Shown here in pieces: positions 43,767 through 56,706 of a stretch of 64,000 nucleotides of DNA (the stretch's first letter is position 1; each line of letters starts with the position of its first letter). The DNA comes from Dictyostelium discoideum (lineage: Eukaryota). The stretch is taken from positions 2,464,001 through 2,528,000 of the forward strand of contig CM000153.2 of assembly GCA_000004695.1 (NCBI GenBank), written 5' to 3'. Under the pieces are notes generated by a model. The model saw nothing but the letters and a program-made list of their open reading frames with translations. It was not told the DNA's origin and did not search any database. Made by a program: the position numbers and the translations under genes.

Positions 43767-44314
43767 ATGGAAAATAATCCAAACCCACACACACCATCTT
43801 CTTCAATACCAACACCACCAACACCACAAACACCAACACCAACACCAACACCACCAATCCAAACAACAACAACACAATCATACACTGTATCATCAATACA
43901 ACCACCACCAGAAATTAATAATGAAACTCATCCAAATTTTACAATGAGAGGAGCATTACCAAATCAAGGAGGTACATATGACTCAAATTCATTTCGTAAT
44001 AATGCCACACCAAAAGTTTATAAACCAGTATTATCAATGGGAAAATTTAGAGTAATTGCAGGTATTTTATGTGCAACTGCATTTTATGTCTCAATCGTAT
44101 CGGAATATGGTGACCATAATAATCAAAAGAAAAATGTAACTTCTGAATTTAGAAAGGCACATGATGAAATTGTATCAAGTTGGTTAGGTTTTGATATTAG
44201 AGAGAAATTTAGAAGTTTAGAAAATAATTATATGGCATTAAGAGATAAAAAGGGTAACACTGTTGATATAGAATCATTAATTCCAAATTCTTCAAAATTA
44301 ACCATTACAAATCC

Positions 44315-44364
<50 letters not shown>

Positions 44365-44648
44365 ATGATACTACAACCACTAATACTACTACTACTGATA
44401 AACCTGAAAAAGTAAATTCATTTTTAAATACTGCAACTGGTGGAAAAATGAATTCAGTTTCATACACTCCAGAATTTGAATCTGGTGCTAAAAAAGTGGA
44501 ATCATTAATAAAAGAAAGTGAAAAAAGATCTTTAAGACTTGAACAATTAGTTGAAAAACAGTTTGAAGAATTACTCGAAAAATCATATGGACCATCTTCT
44601 TCATCATCATCATCCTCCTCCTCCTCTTCCTCTTCCTCTTCAAAATAA
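43767..44648 (+). CDS. Hypothetical single-pass membrane protein with P/T-rich N-terminus, poly-Thr tract and poly-Ser C-terminus
   Basis: 293-aa ORF from an ATG. It has a TM segment FRVIAGILCATAFYVSIVSEY. No recognised domain was found. Confidence 0.5.
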
Positions 44649-44787
44649 AATACAAATAATGTAATATATATAGCCTTTTTTTAAAAAAAAAAAAAAAGAG
44701 TTTTTGTTGTTATTTAAAATTTTTTATACAGGGGTTTATATTTATTTTTATTTTCATTTTCATTTTTACTTGAAATATTTTATTTTT

Positions 44788-45056
44788 TTATTCTTCTTTA
44801 ATGATTTCACCATTTCTAACGATTGTAACTCTACCTTGACCAACTGGTTTTGAATAATCTATAGTTTTATAAGTAACATCCTTACGGTCGATTTTGAATG
44901 GATTTGTGTCAGGGTCCATTTGATCAATATATAATGCTGATGCTGATAATGCAAATAAACCTAAACTAAAAAGAATTCTTTTTTTTGGATCTACATTCTG
45001 TGTGTGGTGTGTGAGTGAGTGTGTGGGTGTGTGGGTGTTTGCATATGCAAGGTGTG

Positions 45057-45091
<35 letters not shown>

Positions 45092-45215
45092 TTTTATTTT
45101 TATAAATAAAAAAAAAAAGTTAATAATTAATTTTTAAGATATCTTAAAAATATGTTAATTAAATTACAATCCACTTTTGCCAAAGAGATATTTTTTTACT
45201 TGGATCCTCAATCAT
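44788..45215 (-). CDS. Small (~85 aa) single-TM protein, 2 exons; family not recognised
   Basis: Exon 1 is 45215-45168 (MIEDPSKKISLWQKWI, donor GTAATT). The intron holds a (GT/CA)n-rich tract and ends ...cacacag. Exon 2 is 44997-44788 (NVDPKKRILFSLGLFALSASALYIDQMDPDTNPFKIDRKDVTYKTIDYSKPVGQGRVTIVRNGEIIKEE*). Confidence 0.45.
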
Positions 45216-45373
45216 GATTTGGAATTTTCTTGTGAAAAAATAAAAAATAAAAAAAATAAAAAAAAAAAAAAAATAAAAAAAAAAAACTGAATTTTTGAAA
45301 AAATAAAAAAAAAAAAAATATAAAAAAAAATAAAAATAAATAAAAATTAAAAAAAAAAAAAAAAAATTATATC

Positions 45374-45417
<44 letters not shown>

Positions 45418-46139
45418 GCAAAACAAAACAAAACACATACGATAGTGGTGATGTGTTGAATAAAAAAATTAACACATTTTTTTTTTTTTATTTTTTGCCA
45501 AACACACACACTTTATCATTGTTAGTTGCTATTATATGCCAATTATAAATTTTTTATTTTTTTTTTATTTTTTTTTTAAAAATTTTTTTTTATTTTTTTT
45601 TTATTTTCAAAAAATTAATAATAATAATAATAAACCTATATACATTGTTATATAAATAAAATAAATAATAATAATAATAGATAAAAGTAAAAATTCCCTT
45701 TCAACACACACACCAACACACATTTAATCTTTTACTATTAGTTATTAAAAAAATAAAAAAAAAAATAAAAAAAATTATACACTATTTTTAATTTATTATT
45801 ATTATTTTTTTTTTTTTTAAATAAAATTTGGCACTCCACTTAAATAATAAATTTTATTTCCCCCTCAATTAATTGTTGTTGTTTTTTTTATAAATTTTTT
45901 TTTTTTTAAATTTTTTTTTGATATTTTAAACTTTTTTTTGTTTATTATTTTAAATAACACTATTTTTTTATAAATAAAAAAACAAAAAAAAAAAAAGTAG
46001 TAAATAAGAAGATTATAAATAAAAGAATTTCAAAATTTTTTTAAAAAAAAAAAAAAAAAAAAACAAAAAAAACCAATATAATTAATTAAATAGCAACTAT
46101 TTTCTTAAAAAAATAAGAGGGTTGAACCAAATATCAAAT

Positions 46140-47782
46140 ATGAATTCGTGGTCATTAGAGAGTGAAACAGATACAGCATCATTTATCAATAGCGAACTAG
46201 CAATTGAAAAACTAAAGGATCTGTTATTAAAAGAAAATCAAATCCAAAAATATAACGATGAAGATGATATTGATGGGGAAGTAGATGATGAAGACGATAA
46301 TGAAGACGATAATGAAGAAGAAGAAGAAGAAGAAGATTTAGATTACGAAGAGGATGATGAAGACGATTATGACGAAGAGGAGGAAGAAGAGGATAAATTA
46401 ACAAATGAAGAAATAGAGGACGAGGGAGAAGAAGATGGGGGAGCAGAAGAAGAAGAAATAGAAGAAGAATTATTACCAATTTCATCACCAACATCATCCA
46501 CAACAACACCAGATATAATACCAGAATCATCATTGGATAAAGAAGATGATAAACAAATTTCAACGGAAAATAACAACAACAATCAAAAGAAACCAATAGA
46601 TTTAAATGAACCTGCTTATTTAGAATATGAATGGGTATTTTACTATGACGATAGTACATTAAAGGGTCAAAATTCAGAGGATTATCAATCATATATTAAA
46701 AATTTAGGTTCTTTTAATACTGTCCAAGTAAGTTTTTTTTTTTTAAAAAAAAAATAGAATTGTTTATTTATAATAGATCTATAGGTTATTTTATATAAAA
46801 TAATATAAAAATAGAATGAATATTAATAATAATAATAATGATGATTATGATTATAGGGGTTTTGGGAATATTGGAATAATATAATTAATTCATCAATGTT
46901 TCCTGATGGCGCAAATTTAAGATTATTTAAACAGGGTATAGCACCAATGTGGGAAGATCCATGCAATGAAAATGGTGGTAAATGGACACTATCATGTTAT
47001 AGAGAACAATCTCATAATATAGCTTTGAAATCATTATTAGCATTGATTGGTGAACAACTAGACCATTCTCATGATATTGTATGTAAAACTAATCATTTTA
47101 AAAACAAACAAACAAACAAACAAACAACAACATACAATATACAATATATATATTTATTATTTTTGATATTAATAAAATTTATTTATTATTCGATTAATTA
47201 CTATTTGGCAGTGTGGGTTTGTATTATCGGTTAGAGCAAGTAGACATGTTATTAGTATTTGGAATAAATCAGGAGATAATAAAGAAATACATGATAGAGT
47301 GAGTGAACAGTTAAAGGAATGTGTATTTGGTAGAGTTTTTAAATATTATCCACATAAACAATTTAGTGGTTCTGTACCACAAAGTCCAATGACACCATCT
47401 GTTAGTTCAAATAATCTTTCAAGTTATAACAATAACAATAATAATAATAGTTCAACACCAATGAAGAGGGAATATTCATCTCCAATGATTTCTTCAAATA
47501 ATGGTGGTCATAACTACAATAATAACAACTACAACAACAACAGATTATCAAATTCATGTAACATTAATAGTGATTCTAAGGAAGATAACAACAGCAATAG
47601 TAATATTGAAAATAATAATAACAATAATCAATGTAATAGTAATAATTTAATCTCATCTTTTGAAAATGAAAATGATAGAAAAGAAACATTTAGACATAAA
47701 AAAAGCCAATCAACTTCTTCAATTTATGGTAGTTCTATAAAATCACCTTTATCAAATAGTAGCAATAATTCAAATTATTTTA

Positions 47783-47827
<45 letters not shown>

Positions 47828-47838
47828 GTAATTGTAAC

Positions 47839-47885
<47 letters not shown>

Positions 47886-49041
47886 ACCATTAAAACTTTC
47901 AAGAGATAATTCATATAATAACAACAATAGCAGTTTCAATAATAATGGAAGATTAAGAAAGGAAAATTCAAAATCAAATATTTTATCTTCAAAAGATAGT
48001 AAGCTTGATGAAAATAGTATAGCAGTTCAACAAAAACAACCACAACCACAACCACAAACACAAACACAAACACAACCACAAACACAACCACAACCACAAC
48101 TACAGCAACAACAAACACCACAAAAGAAATTATATAAGAATGAATCAAGGGATAAAATAAATTTCCATTCAAATTCATCTAAACCGCCATTAAGAGATAG
48201 AAATAATAATCATACATTAAATACTACTCAGTCTGTAAATGAAACAATAACAACATCATCATCGTCATCGTCATCATCATCACCAGCATCATCACCATCA
48301 TTATTACTATCATCATCTACAAATATAAATACACCAATTGAATTAGATGTAATTAAAAAAGAAGAAAAGAAAGAAAAGAAAGGAGAAAAAGAAGAAAAAG
48401 AAGAAAAAGAAGAAAAAGAAGATGATATTATTAAAAAGAATGAAACAGAAGAAGAGAGTATTACAGATGAGATTTTATCAGATTCAAATATTTCAACACC
48501 AATTGGTAGTAATGTAAATGATGATATTGAACGTGGTTGTTTATTCAATTCGAATGAAGAGAAAATTATTGATTCATCACCAAATGAAAATGAAGGCTCT
48601 GATAATTTTACAATTGATGAATTGGTTGAAAATATTTCTGAAGTTTCAGATTTCCACACTGATGAATCTTCATCAGTTTCTTTAAAGAGTGGTTCCAATT
48701 GTAATCAAAAATCAAAGAAAAAGAAATCAAAACAAAATAAATCATCGTCATCATCAAATAATATAAATACAAATAGTAGTGGTAAAGTTTTATCATCACC
48801 ATCATCCTCTTCCAAAGTTAATTCAAAACCATCAACAAATGTTAGAAAGAATTCAAAAGTTAATAGTAAAAATCAAAGTCATACAAAAGGTAAATTCTTA
48901 TCTTATGAAAATGATAATTCACTTGGTGATAAAAATTCCAGCTTTTTCAATTCACCAACATTTAAATTCTGTAAAGAACATTTTGTTGTTATCATAATGA
49001 TTTTTGCTATCGTTTCAATAACAGTTATATTACAAAAATAA
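46140..49041 (+). CDS. eIF4E-family cap-binding protein with a long acidic N-terminal extension and a very long low-complexity C-terminal extension, 3 exons
   Basis: The real ATG is at 46140; the track's start at 46122 is TTG. Exon 1 runs to 46727 (D/E-rich, then ...PAYLEYEWVFYYDD...YQSYIKNLGSFNTVQ, donor GTAAGT). Exon 2 is 46857-47078 (GFWEYWNNIINSSMFPDGANLRLFKQGIAPMWEDPCNENGGKWTLSCYRE...LALIGEQLDHSHDI, donor GTATGT). Exon 3 is 47212-49041 (CGFVLSVRASRHVISIWNKSGDNKEIHDRVSEQLKECVFGRVFKYY..., then ~500 aa of N/S/Q-rich sequence ending in a hydrophobic C-terminus). The eIF4E core motifs are intact. Confidence 0.8.
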
Positions 49042-49042
49042 A

Positions 49043-49111
<69 letters not shown>

Positions 49112-49156
49112 TAGAGAGCCCAACTACTATAATACATAATTAAAAAATAGAAAAAG

Positions 49157-49202
<46 letters not shown>

Positions 49203-49553
49203 AAAAGAAAAAGAAAAAAAAAAAAACAAAACTAACAATGCAAATAAGAATAGTTTAAATAATTAATAGTAATAATCTCTAACCCTTCCAATAGTATATA
49301 TTTTTTTTATCAATAAATAAATAATATTATTTGTTATAAAAAAAAAAAAAAAATGGAGATTTATAAATTCCTAAATTTTATTATTTTTTTTTTTTTCTAA
49401 ACATTTTTTTATTTTTTTTTTTTATTTATTTTTTTTTATCAATGTGTGTTTAAATTTATTTTTAAAAATTTTTTTTTTTATATTTTTTAATTTTTTTTTT
49501 TTAATTTAAAAACAATTATATGAAAATAAAACCCCACATAAACAATTTTTTTC

Positions 49554-49585
<32 letters not shown>

Positions 49586-49603
49586 TATATATATCAAATA
49601 AAA

Positions 49604-50371
49604 ATGTTTAATAAAATAATTTTATTGTTTATATTTTTTCAAATTTTAACAATTCAAATAAAATTAATTCATTCATATGAAATTAGATATTTTGTATTTA
49701 GTGATTCAGAATGTAATTCAACAAATATTAAAATAATGATCAGTGCTACAAAATGTTCAGATTTTGGATTGGTTCAAATTATTAATAATAATAAAATCAT
49801 AATTAATAATAATATTAATTCAATAAATGATTGTTTATCTCCTTCTTCAAAGATCTCAAGTAATTCAATTGAAAAAGAATTAAATAAATGTTATTATGAT
49901 CAGTCAAAGAATGAATCTTACTTGTTTCAATTATCAAAAAATGAACAGCCAATTTCAATTGAATCATTTTGCACTCAATTTAAACAATTAAATGATGATA
50001 GTAATAATAATAAAAATAATAATAAATATTACATGATTTACTCTCATAGAAATGGTAGTTGCCAATCAGTAGGAAATAATAAATTTACACAGTTGTATTG
50101 TATTGGAGATAAAATCCATGAATATAATTGTATTGATAAATGTAAAGATGATTATGATGAAGATATAATTTTAAATGAAAATAATAATTGCCAATTTGTA
50201 AAATCATATTTATCAAATTCAACAAATAATTGTAATAGTAAATCAGTTAAAGTATCAAAATTATTAAACAATAAAATTCAATTAGAAAATTCAAGTAGTA
50301 GTAGTACATTCAATCTCTTTTTATTATTACTTGAAATTATAATTATTATTAATGTGGTTAATTATATTTAA
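49604..50371 (+). CDS. Secreted cysteine-rich protein with a C-terminal hydrophobic tail (GPI-anchor-like); member of a tandem paralog pair
   Basis: 255-aa ORF from an ATG. It has a signal peptide (MFNKIILLFIFFQILTIQIKLIHS) and conserved Cys positions shared with 51068-51796 (SATKCSDFGLVQI vs STSMCSEYGLIQY; FCTQF vs FCNSITF). The hydrophobic C-terminus is LFLLLLEIIIIINVV. Confidence 0.55.
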   Translation: MFNKIILLFIFFQILTIQIKLIHSYEIRYFVFSDSECNSTNIKIMISATKCSDFGLVQIINNNKIIINNNINSINDCLSPSSKISSNSIEKELNKCYYDQSKNESYLFQLSKNEQPISIESFCTQFKQLNDDSNNNKNNNKYYMIYSHRNGSCQSVGNNKFTQLYCIGDKIHEYNCIDKCKDDYDEDIILNENNNCQFVKSYLSNSTNNCNSKSVKVSKLLNNKIQLENSSSSSTFNLFLLLLEIIIIINVVNYI

Positions 50372-50626
50372 AAAAAAAAAAAAAGAAAAAAAAAAAAAAA
50401 AAAATTAAATAATTAAATAAAAAAAAAAAAAAAATAATTAAATAAAAAAATTAGTTTTACATAAACTATATTTATATTTATATTTTAGTTTATAATATAT
50501 CCAAAATTAAATATTATTATAAAAAGTTATTATAATAATTTTTTTTAATTGAAAATCTATTTTTATATATATTTTAATTTATATATTTTTTTTTTATTTT
50601 TTCTAAATATAACCCCCACCCAATTT

Positions 50627-50662
<36 letters not shown>

Positions 50663-50839
50663 AATTAAGATTTTGATTAAAGATTATTACAAATAATTTA
50701 ACCAATTCAAATAAAAGATATTGATTTTTAAAACCTAGCTTCAATCTTTATCATTTGTAATGTGGCTATCATGACAACAATAGATCCTTTAAAAAGAAAC
50801 ATGTTTTTATTATAACACATAATTTTTAACTACTTTTTT

Positions 50840-50881
<42 letters not shown>

Positions 50882-51067
50882 CCAAACTTTATAAATAAAG
50901 AAAAACAAAAAAAAAAAAAAACCTTAACCAAATTTAAACCTGTACACATAAATAAATAGTTTTTCCTTAAAAATAATAATAATATTTAAAAAAAAAAAAA
51001 AAAAAAAAAAAAGTTAACTTAGAATAAATATATATATGTATAAATATTAAAAAAAAAAAAAAAAAAG

Positions 51068-51796
51068 ATGGATTTTAAAAAATTAATTATATTTTGTATT
51101 TTTTTTGTATTTTTTGTTTATAAAACTCAATCATTTGAATATAGAGAATATCATTATGGTAGTGATAATTGTAAAGATAAGTTACATCATATATATTCAA
51201 CATCAATGTGTTCAGAATATGGGTTAATTCAATACAATTCAAGTGAATCAAAAGTAACAATTATAAAGAGTATTAATTATAGTACATGTGAAATCGATTC
51301 AAATAAAACATTAGTTAGTACAAGTTATTTTGTAAATAAATGTACAAAACTTAATTCAGTTTCAAGTGTTTTCATTAGAGTAGAACCAGATGATAATCCA
51401 TATAAATTAACAGATTTTTGTAATTCAATTACATTTATAAATAATAATTGTGATAATGTTATTGTAAAATCTTTTAAAAATAATACATGTTTCAATGCAA
51501 ATGATTATGATTTAAATAATAATAATAATAATAGTAGTAATAATAACAATAATAAAAATTCAACTGAAATTAATAATTTCAAAAGAATAAGTTGTAGAGG
51601 TAGCTATATTGATATTGATATTTGTAATGGTGGGTGCTCTGATATTCAATGTAAATTTAATGCAACAATAGATTCAAACTCTGCAAGTTGCCCAGAAATT
51701 CAGTATCAAAATTTACATAACAACAGTCAAAAATTAAATAATAGTTCAATTTTATTATTTTTATTCTCAATTATATTAATTTTATTAATTTTTTAA
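51068..51796 (+). CDS. Secreted cysteine-rich protein with a C-terminal hydrophobic tail; paralog of 49604-50371
   Basis: 242-aa ORF from an ATG. It has a signal peptide (LIIFCIFFVFFVYKTQS), the same Cys framework as its neighbour, and the C-terminus SILLFLFSIILILLIF. Confidence 0.55.
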   Translation: MDFKKLIIFCIFFVFFVYKTQSFEYREYHYGSDNCKDKLHHIYSTSMCSEYGLIQYNSSESKVTIIKSINYSTCEIDSNKTLVSTSYFVNKCTKLNSVSSVFIRVEPDDNPYKLTDFCNSITFINNNCDNVIVKSFKNNTCFNANDYDLNNNNNNSSNNNNNKNSTEINNFKRISCRGSYIDIDICNGGCSDIQCKFNATIDSNSASCPEIQYQNLHNNSQKLNNSSILLFLFSIILILLIF

Positions 51797-52901
51797 ATAA
51801 ATTATTATAATTTTTTTATTTTTTTTTAATTCAATTAAAAAAATTTTATTGTTTTTTTTTGTGTATTATTAATATATAATAAAAAAAATAAAAAAATTGT
51901 AACAGATAAAAATAATTGGGCAAAGTATAAATAATATATTGTAAAATTTTATCATTCCACAATTTGCGAGTTTTTCTCTTTCTATTTATGAATATTTTAC
52001 AAATTTGCTGACGCGACTTTTAAAAGATATGTAAAAATTGTTATAAATTTTTATTATTTTTTTTTTCTCAAAAAAAAAAAAAAAAAAAGTCAAACTATTC
52101 AAAAAATATAATTGACCTGATTAACATTTTTTAATTTATTTAACCTTTATTGTATATTTGTAAATTAATTATAAATTAATTCAAATAAATTTATCACTTT
52201 TTAATACCACGCCAACCAGTCAAAGGTGGGTTAATTTTTTATTTTTTTTTAATTTATTTATATTTATCATGATGATCATATAAAATAAATTAATTTAAAA
52301 TCTAACCCAACTTCTCACTAATTTGTGTGGTAAAAAATAATATTGATAATGATAATAATAATAATAATAATAATAATAAATTGAATAATAATAATAATTA
52401 TTAAATTAATAAGAATAGAATAAATAACAATAAACGTGGGTTTTTCAAGAAATAATAAAAAAATTACCTACATACACACATATTAACACACCCACATAAA
52501 AAATCAATGTTAATTTTTTAGTACCCCTTAATATTAACCCACAAATTACCCCTTCACATGATGAATTTCACGACAGTCAATATTATAAATTTTGAATTTT
52601 ATTAAATTTAATGAAAAAAAAAAAAAAAAAAATGAAAAAAAAAAAAAAATAGAAATACCAAAACAAGCTCCAATGAAAGTAAGTTAACAAATTGTTATAA
52701 TTTATTAAGTTAAATTAAAGAAAAAAATGAGTCGCGATATCATTATATATATTAGTTTTTACCAATTGATTTTAAAATATTTTCAAGTGGTGTTTTTTTC
52801 TCCCAAACCATTTTTTTTTTAATGAGAAACCAAATGGTGTTAGCATCATATTTTTTCCAAATTATTTGTTATTATTTCCAATATTTGTCATGTCGATTAT
52901 C

Positions 52902-52932
<31 letters not shown>

Positions 52933-53387
52933 TATATCGTCAAACACTTCCAAAAATCGTATATAAAACATTAAAAAAAAAAAAAAATAACAATTTTGTA
53001 TTTATGATATCAGACTGTTTTCAAAAAATTGTGTATAATAGAACAAATTGTACTAGTAAAATAATAATTTCCAAAAAAAATTAAAATTTCAATTAAATAA
53101 ATTATAATAATAAAAATTATAAAAAAAAAAAAATAAAAAAAAAAATAAAAAAAATAAAAAAAAAAAAGTGTATAAATAATCATTTAATTTTATCTTTTCA
53201 TTAAATAAATAATAAACAAAGTAAAAAAACAAAAATTCCAAATTAAGTAAATCATAAACTAACAAATCTTATCAATATCCCTTAAAAAAATAAAATAAAA
53301 TAAATAATATTAAATAAAAAATAAAAAAAAAAATAAAAAAAAATTATTTGATTAAAAAATAAAAAAAAAAAATAAAAAAAAAAAAAA

Positions 53388-53414
53388 ATGAAAGGACAAT
53401 TAATTTATAATAAA

Positions 53415-53445
<31 letters not shown>

Positions 53446-54403
53446 CCAATATTAAAATTAAAAAATCTAATAATAAAATAAATTGCATAAACTCAAAATT
53501 TTATTCTAAACTAACCAAAATGAATCATAACAAAACATATAATATTCTAAACTTGAATAAACAAATTAAACAATTAGAAATCTGTAATAATATTTATTTA
53601 ACTGATAATAAAAATAATAATAACAATAACAATAACAATAACAATATAGATAATAATATGGATCATACTTGTAATAATAATAATAGTTTTCATATTTATG
53701 ATAACTATATGTTATCATTAAAAAAATTAACAATTAATGTTATTAAAATTTTAATTCATTTCAAACAATTCACTAGTATTTCAATAAAAGATATTTCAAA
53801 TTATCTAAATGTTTCAACAGAATCTATTTCTTTTATAATTAAAATTCTATATATATTGGAAATTGTTGAAAAAGATAGTAATGATGAGACTCATTACATT
53901 TGGAAAGGATTATATGATAATCAAGATTTTATTGAAACTATTGATTATATTTCAAATTCAAAATCAAATTTTGTAACAAATCATTCTGAACCATTTTTAA
54001 ATATTTATGACAATTATCATCCATCTATAAATGATATTGAAAGTAATAATCCAAAATACAATAAAGATATCGGTTCAATATTACATCAATTTTTAAAGAA
54101 TTTAATTAAAAGGGATTATGTTTCATTTTTACATTTGAAAAATAATATTTATTTAATTGATTCTCAATGTAATTATTAAAAATTTTATTTTATAATTAAT
54201 TTATAGCCTTATTAAAAATTTTCTAATAAAAAAAAAAAAATCTTTTTTTTTTTTTTTTTTTTCTTTTTTTTTTAAAAATAGATTACCACATTGTAAATAT
54301 TTCAAAAGTTTTATATGCCCTCGGTTTAATTTCAATTGAAGTTTCAAAGAACAATAATTTAATATATTTTAAATGGATTGGTTTTATTCCAAAAGAACAG
54401 TAG
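53388..54403 (+). CDS. E2F/DP-type winged-helix protein with two tandem E2F-like DNA-binding domains (atypical E2F7/8/DEL-like architecture), 2 exons
   Basis: Exon 1 is 53388-54168 (N-rich N-terminus, then ...DISNYLNVSTESISFIIKILYILEIVEKDSNDETHYIWKGL..., donor GTAATT, phase 1). Exon 2 is 54282-54403 (YYHIVNISKVLYALGLISIEVSKNNNLIYFKWIGFIPKEQ*). The second domain matches the E2F consensus '[28 protein letters not shown]'. The first domain shows the same pattern more weakly. Confidence 0.5.
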
Positions 54404-54593
54404 TAGAAAATATTATTAAATTTAAAAAAAAAAAATAAAATAATTAAACATTTAAATATTGTAAATAAAAAATAAAATAAATATATAAACTGTAGATTTT
54501 TTTTAAGTTTTTTTTTTATTTGAAATATAATTAATCTTGATTATAATAATTTATTTACAAAATTGTATTATATGTTATAGATTTGTTATTTTT

Positions 54594-54624
<31 letters not shown>

Positions 54625-54686
54625 TTTCTATATTTTAATAGTTTTTTTTTTTTATTTATTTATTTTTTTTCATTTGAAAGTTAAAT

Positions 54687-55487
54687 TTATTTTCTACCAC
54701 CAGCTCTCTTGCTTTTACCTGGTCTTGATTGTTTAGCAGCACGTGAACCACCTTTACCAGCACCACCACTACCACCTCTACTAGCACCACCTTTACCAGC
54801 ACCTCCTTTACCACCTTTGTTCATTTTACCACCTTTACCTCTTGAGTAATCTCTATCTTCATTATTTTTCTTTACACTAAAGCCACTCATATCATTAACA
54901 GAGCCTTTATCGTTTGTCTTTGCATATCTCTTTTTACCACCAAATCCATATTTAGCATCTTTCTTCTTTCTCTTATCACCTTTAACTGGTAATTTTGATT
55001 TTTCAACTTTCTTTCTATCTTTTTTAGCAGCTATATCATCAATTAAATCAATATTAAATTCATCTGAAACATTACCTTTTTCACGATCTAAAATAATTTT
55101 TAAAAAAAAAAAAAATTATTAATATAAAAGTTGTGCGGAAAAAAAAAAAAAAAAAAAAAAAAGAAATTTAAATTTAAATAATATAATATGTTACTCTTTC
55201 TCCATTTTTTAACAGATTCAATGGCATCTGATTTTTGTTTTTGTCTTTCTTGTAATTTTTGAGTTTGAACTTGTTTGCCAAACTTTTTGATTTCTCTCTT
55301 CTTTCTAATCATCTCTGAAGTTTCAACTCTCTTCTTCTCTGATTGAATATTTGTTTTAATTTTGTGCATTTGTTGATCAGATTTAATCATCTCTGCAAAG
55401 AAATCTGGTTTTCTTCTAACTGTTAAACCATTTTGAGCACATAATTTTTCACATTCTGTAACTGATTGTAATGTTTGTTTATAACTA

Positions 55488-55524
<37 letters not shown>

Positions 55525-55744
55525 AGTATTTTTAATAAAAAAATAAAATAATAATAAAACAATAATAAAATATAAAAAAAACACATACAAAGCGATTTCT
55601 CTATGAAAATCATCATGAATATCTTCAATGTCTAATGGTGTTTGTGATGTAACTGCTAATGTATGAACCCATGGAACTTTACCACTTGATAATTTAAAAT
55701 CTCTTAATTTACTTTTCATACCTTCCTATAATATTTAAATTTAA

Positions 55745-55843
<99 letters not shown>

Positions 55844-56706
55844 GTATTTATAATAATAATTATTAATTTATTTATATTTATATTAATACATACAATATCA
55901 TTTACAACATATTTTTGACGATTTGATTTTAAATGTTGTTGTTCTAATCTTTGTTTTTTTTCTTCTTTATCCATTTCATTTTCTGAATCAAGTAATTCAC
56001 CATCTTCATCAATGAGTTCTTCATCAGAATTGATTTCTCTAATAATTTCTGGTGCTTTTCTTGGTTTTTTAGCTTCTTCTTTAAGAATATCAGAAACTGA
56101 AGCAAAACCTTGGAAAGCATTACCTGACATTTCAATCTTTTTACTTAATTTTTTATTTGTTTTTGGTGCTTCAATTTCTTGTTCTTCCTCTTCCTCTTCT
56201 TCTTCTTCTTCACTATTCATTTCATCAAATAATTCATCAACATCTTCATCTTCACCATCTTCATCTTCTTCTTCCTCCTCTTCATCATCTTCTTGTTCAT
56301 TTAAATCATCACCATAAACATCATCATCATCTTCTTCATCACCTTCAAAATCATCTTCACCATCATCTTCACTATCATCGAAATCCATAACTTGTTGGTT
56401 ATCATCTTCAGATGAGAAATCATCTTCATCTTCATCATCAAAATCACCACTATTTGAAATCATTTCTTGGAGTTGTTTTTTTAATGCATTTTCATCAAAT
56501 CCTTCAGATTCTTTCTTTTTGTTATTTGATTTCTTTGCTTGTTGTTGTTGTTGTGCTGCTGGTTTTTGATTGGTTTGTTTCTTTTCAACGACTGGTGCTA
56601 CTGATTTCTTTGATAATTGTGTTACATTTTTAGCTGCTGCTACTGGTTTCTTTTGATTTTGTGCAACTACTTTTTTATTACCTGCTGTATTACCTTTAAC
56701 TGCCAT
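54687..56706 (-). CDS. rRNA-processing protein EBP2 (EBNA1-binding protein 2 homolog), 4 exons
   Basis: Exon 1 is 56706-~55894 (MAVKGNTAGNKK..., long D/E-rich acidic region, ...KYVVNDI, donor GTATGT). An intron containing a (TAA)n repeat follows. Exon 2 is ~55725-55589 (EGMKSKLRDFKLSSGKVPWVHTLAVTSQTPLDIEDIHDDFHREIA, donor GTATGT). Exon 3 is ~55484-55195 (YKQTLQSVTECEKLCAQNGLTVRRKPDFFAEMIKSDQQMHKIK...VKKWRK, donor GTAACA). Exon 4 is ~55086-54687 (...DAKYGFGGKKRYAKTNDKG...GKGG...SRPGKSKRAGGRK*). The 'PWVETL' and 'FGFGGKKR' Ebp2 signatures are present. Confidence 0.8.
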
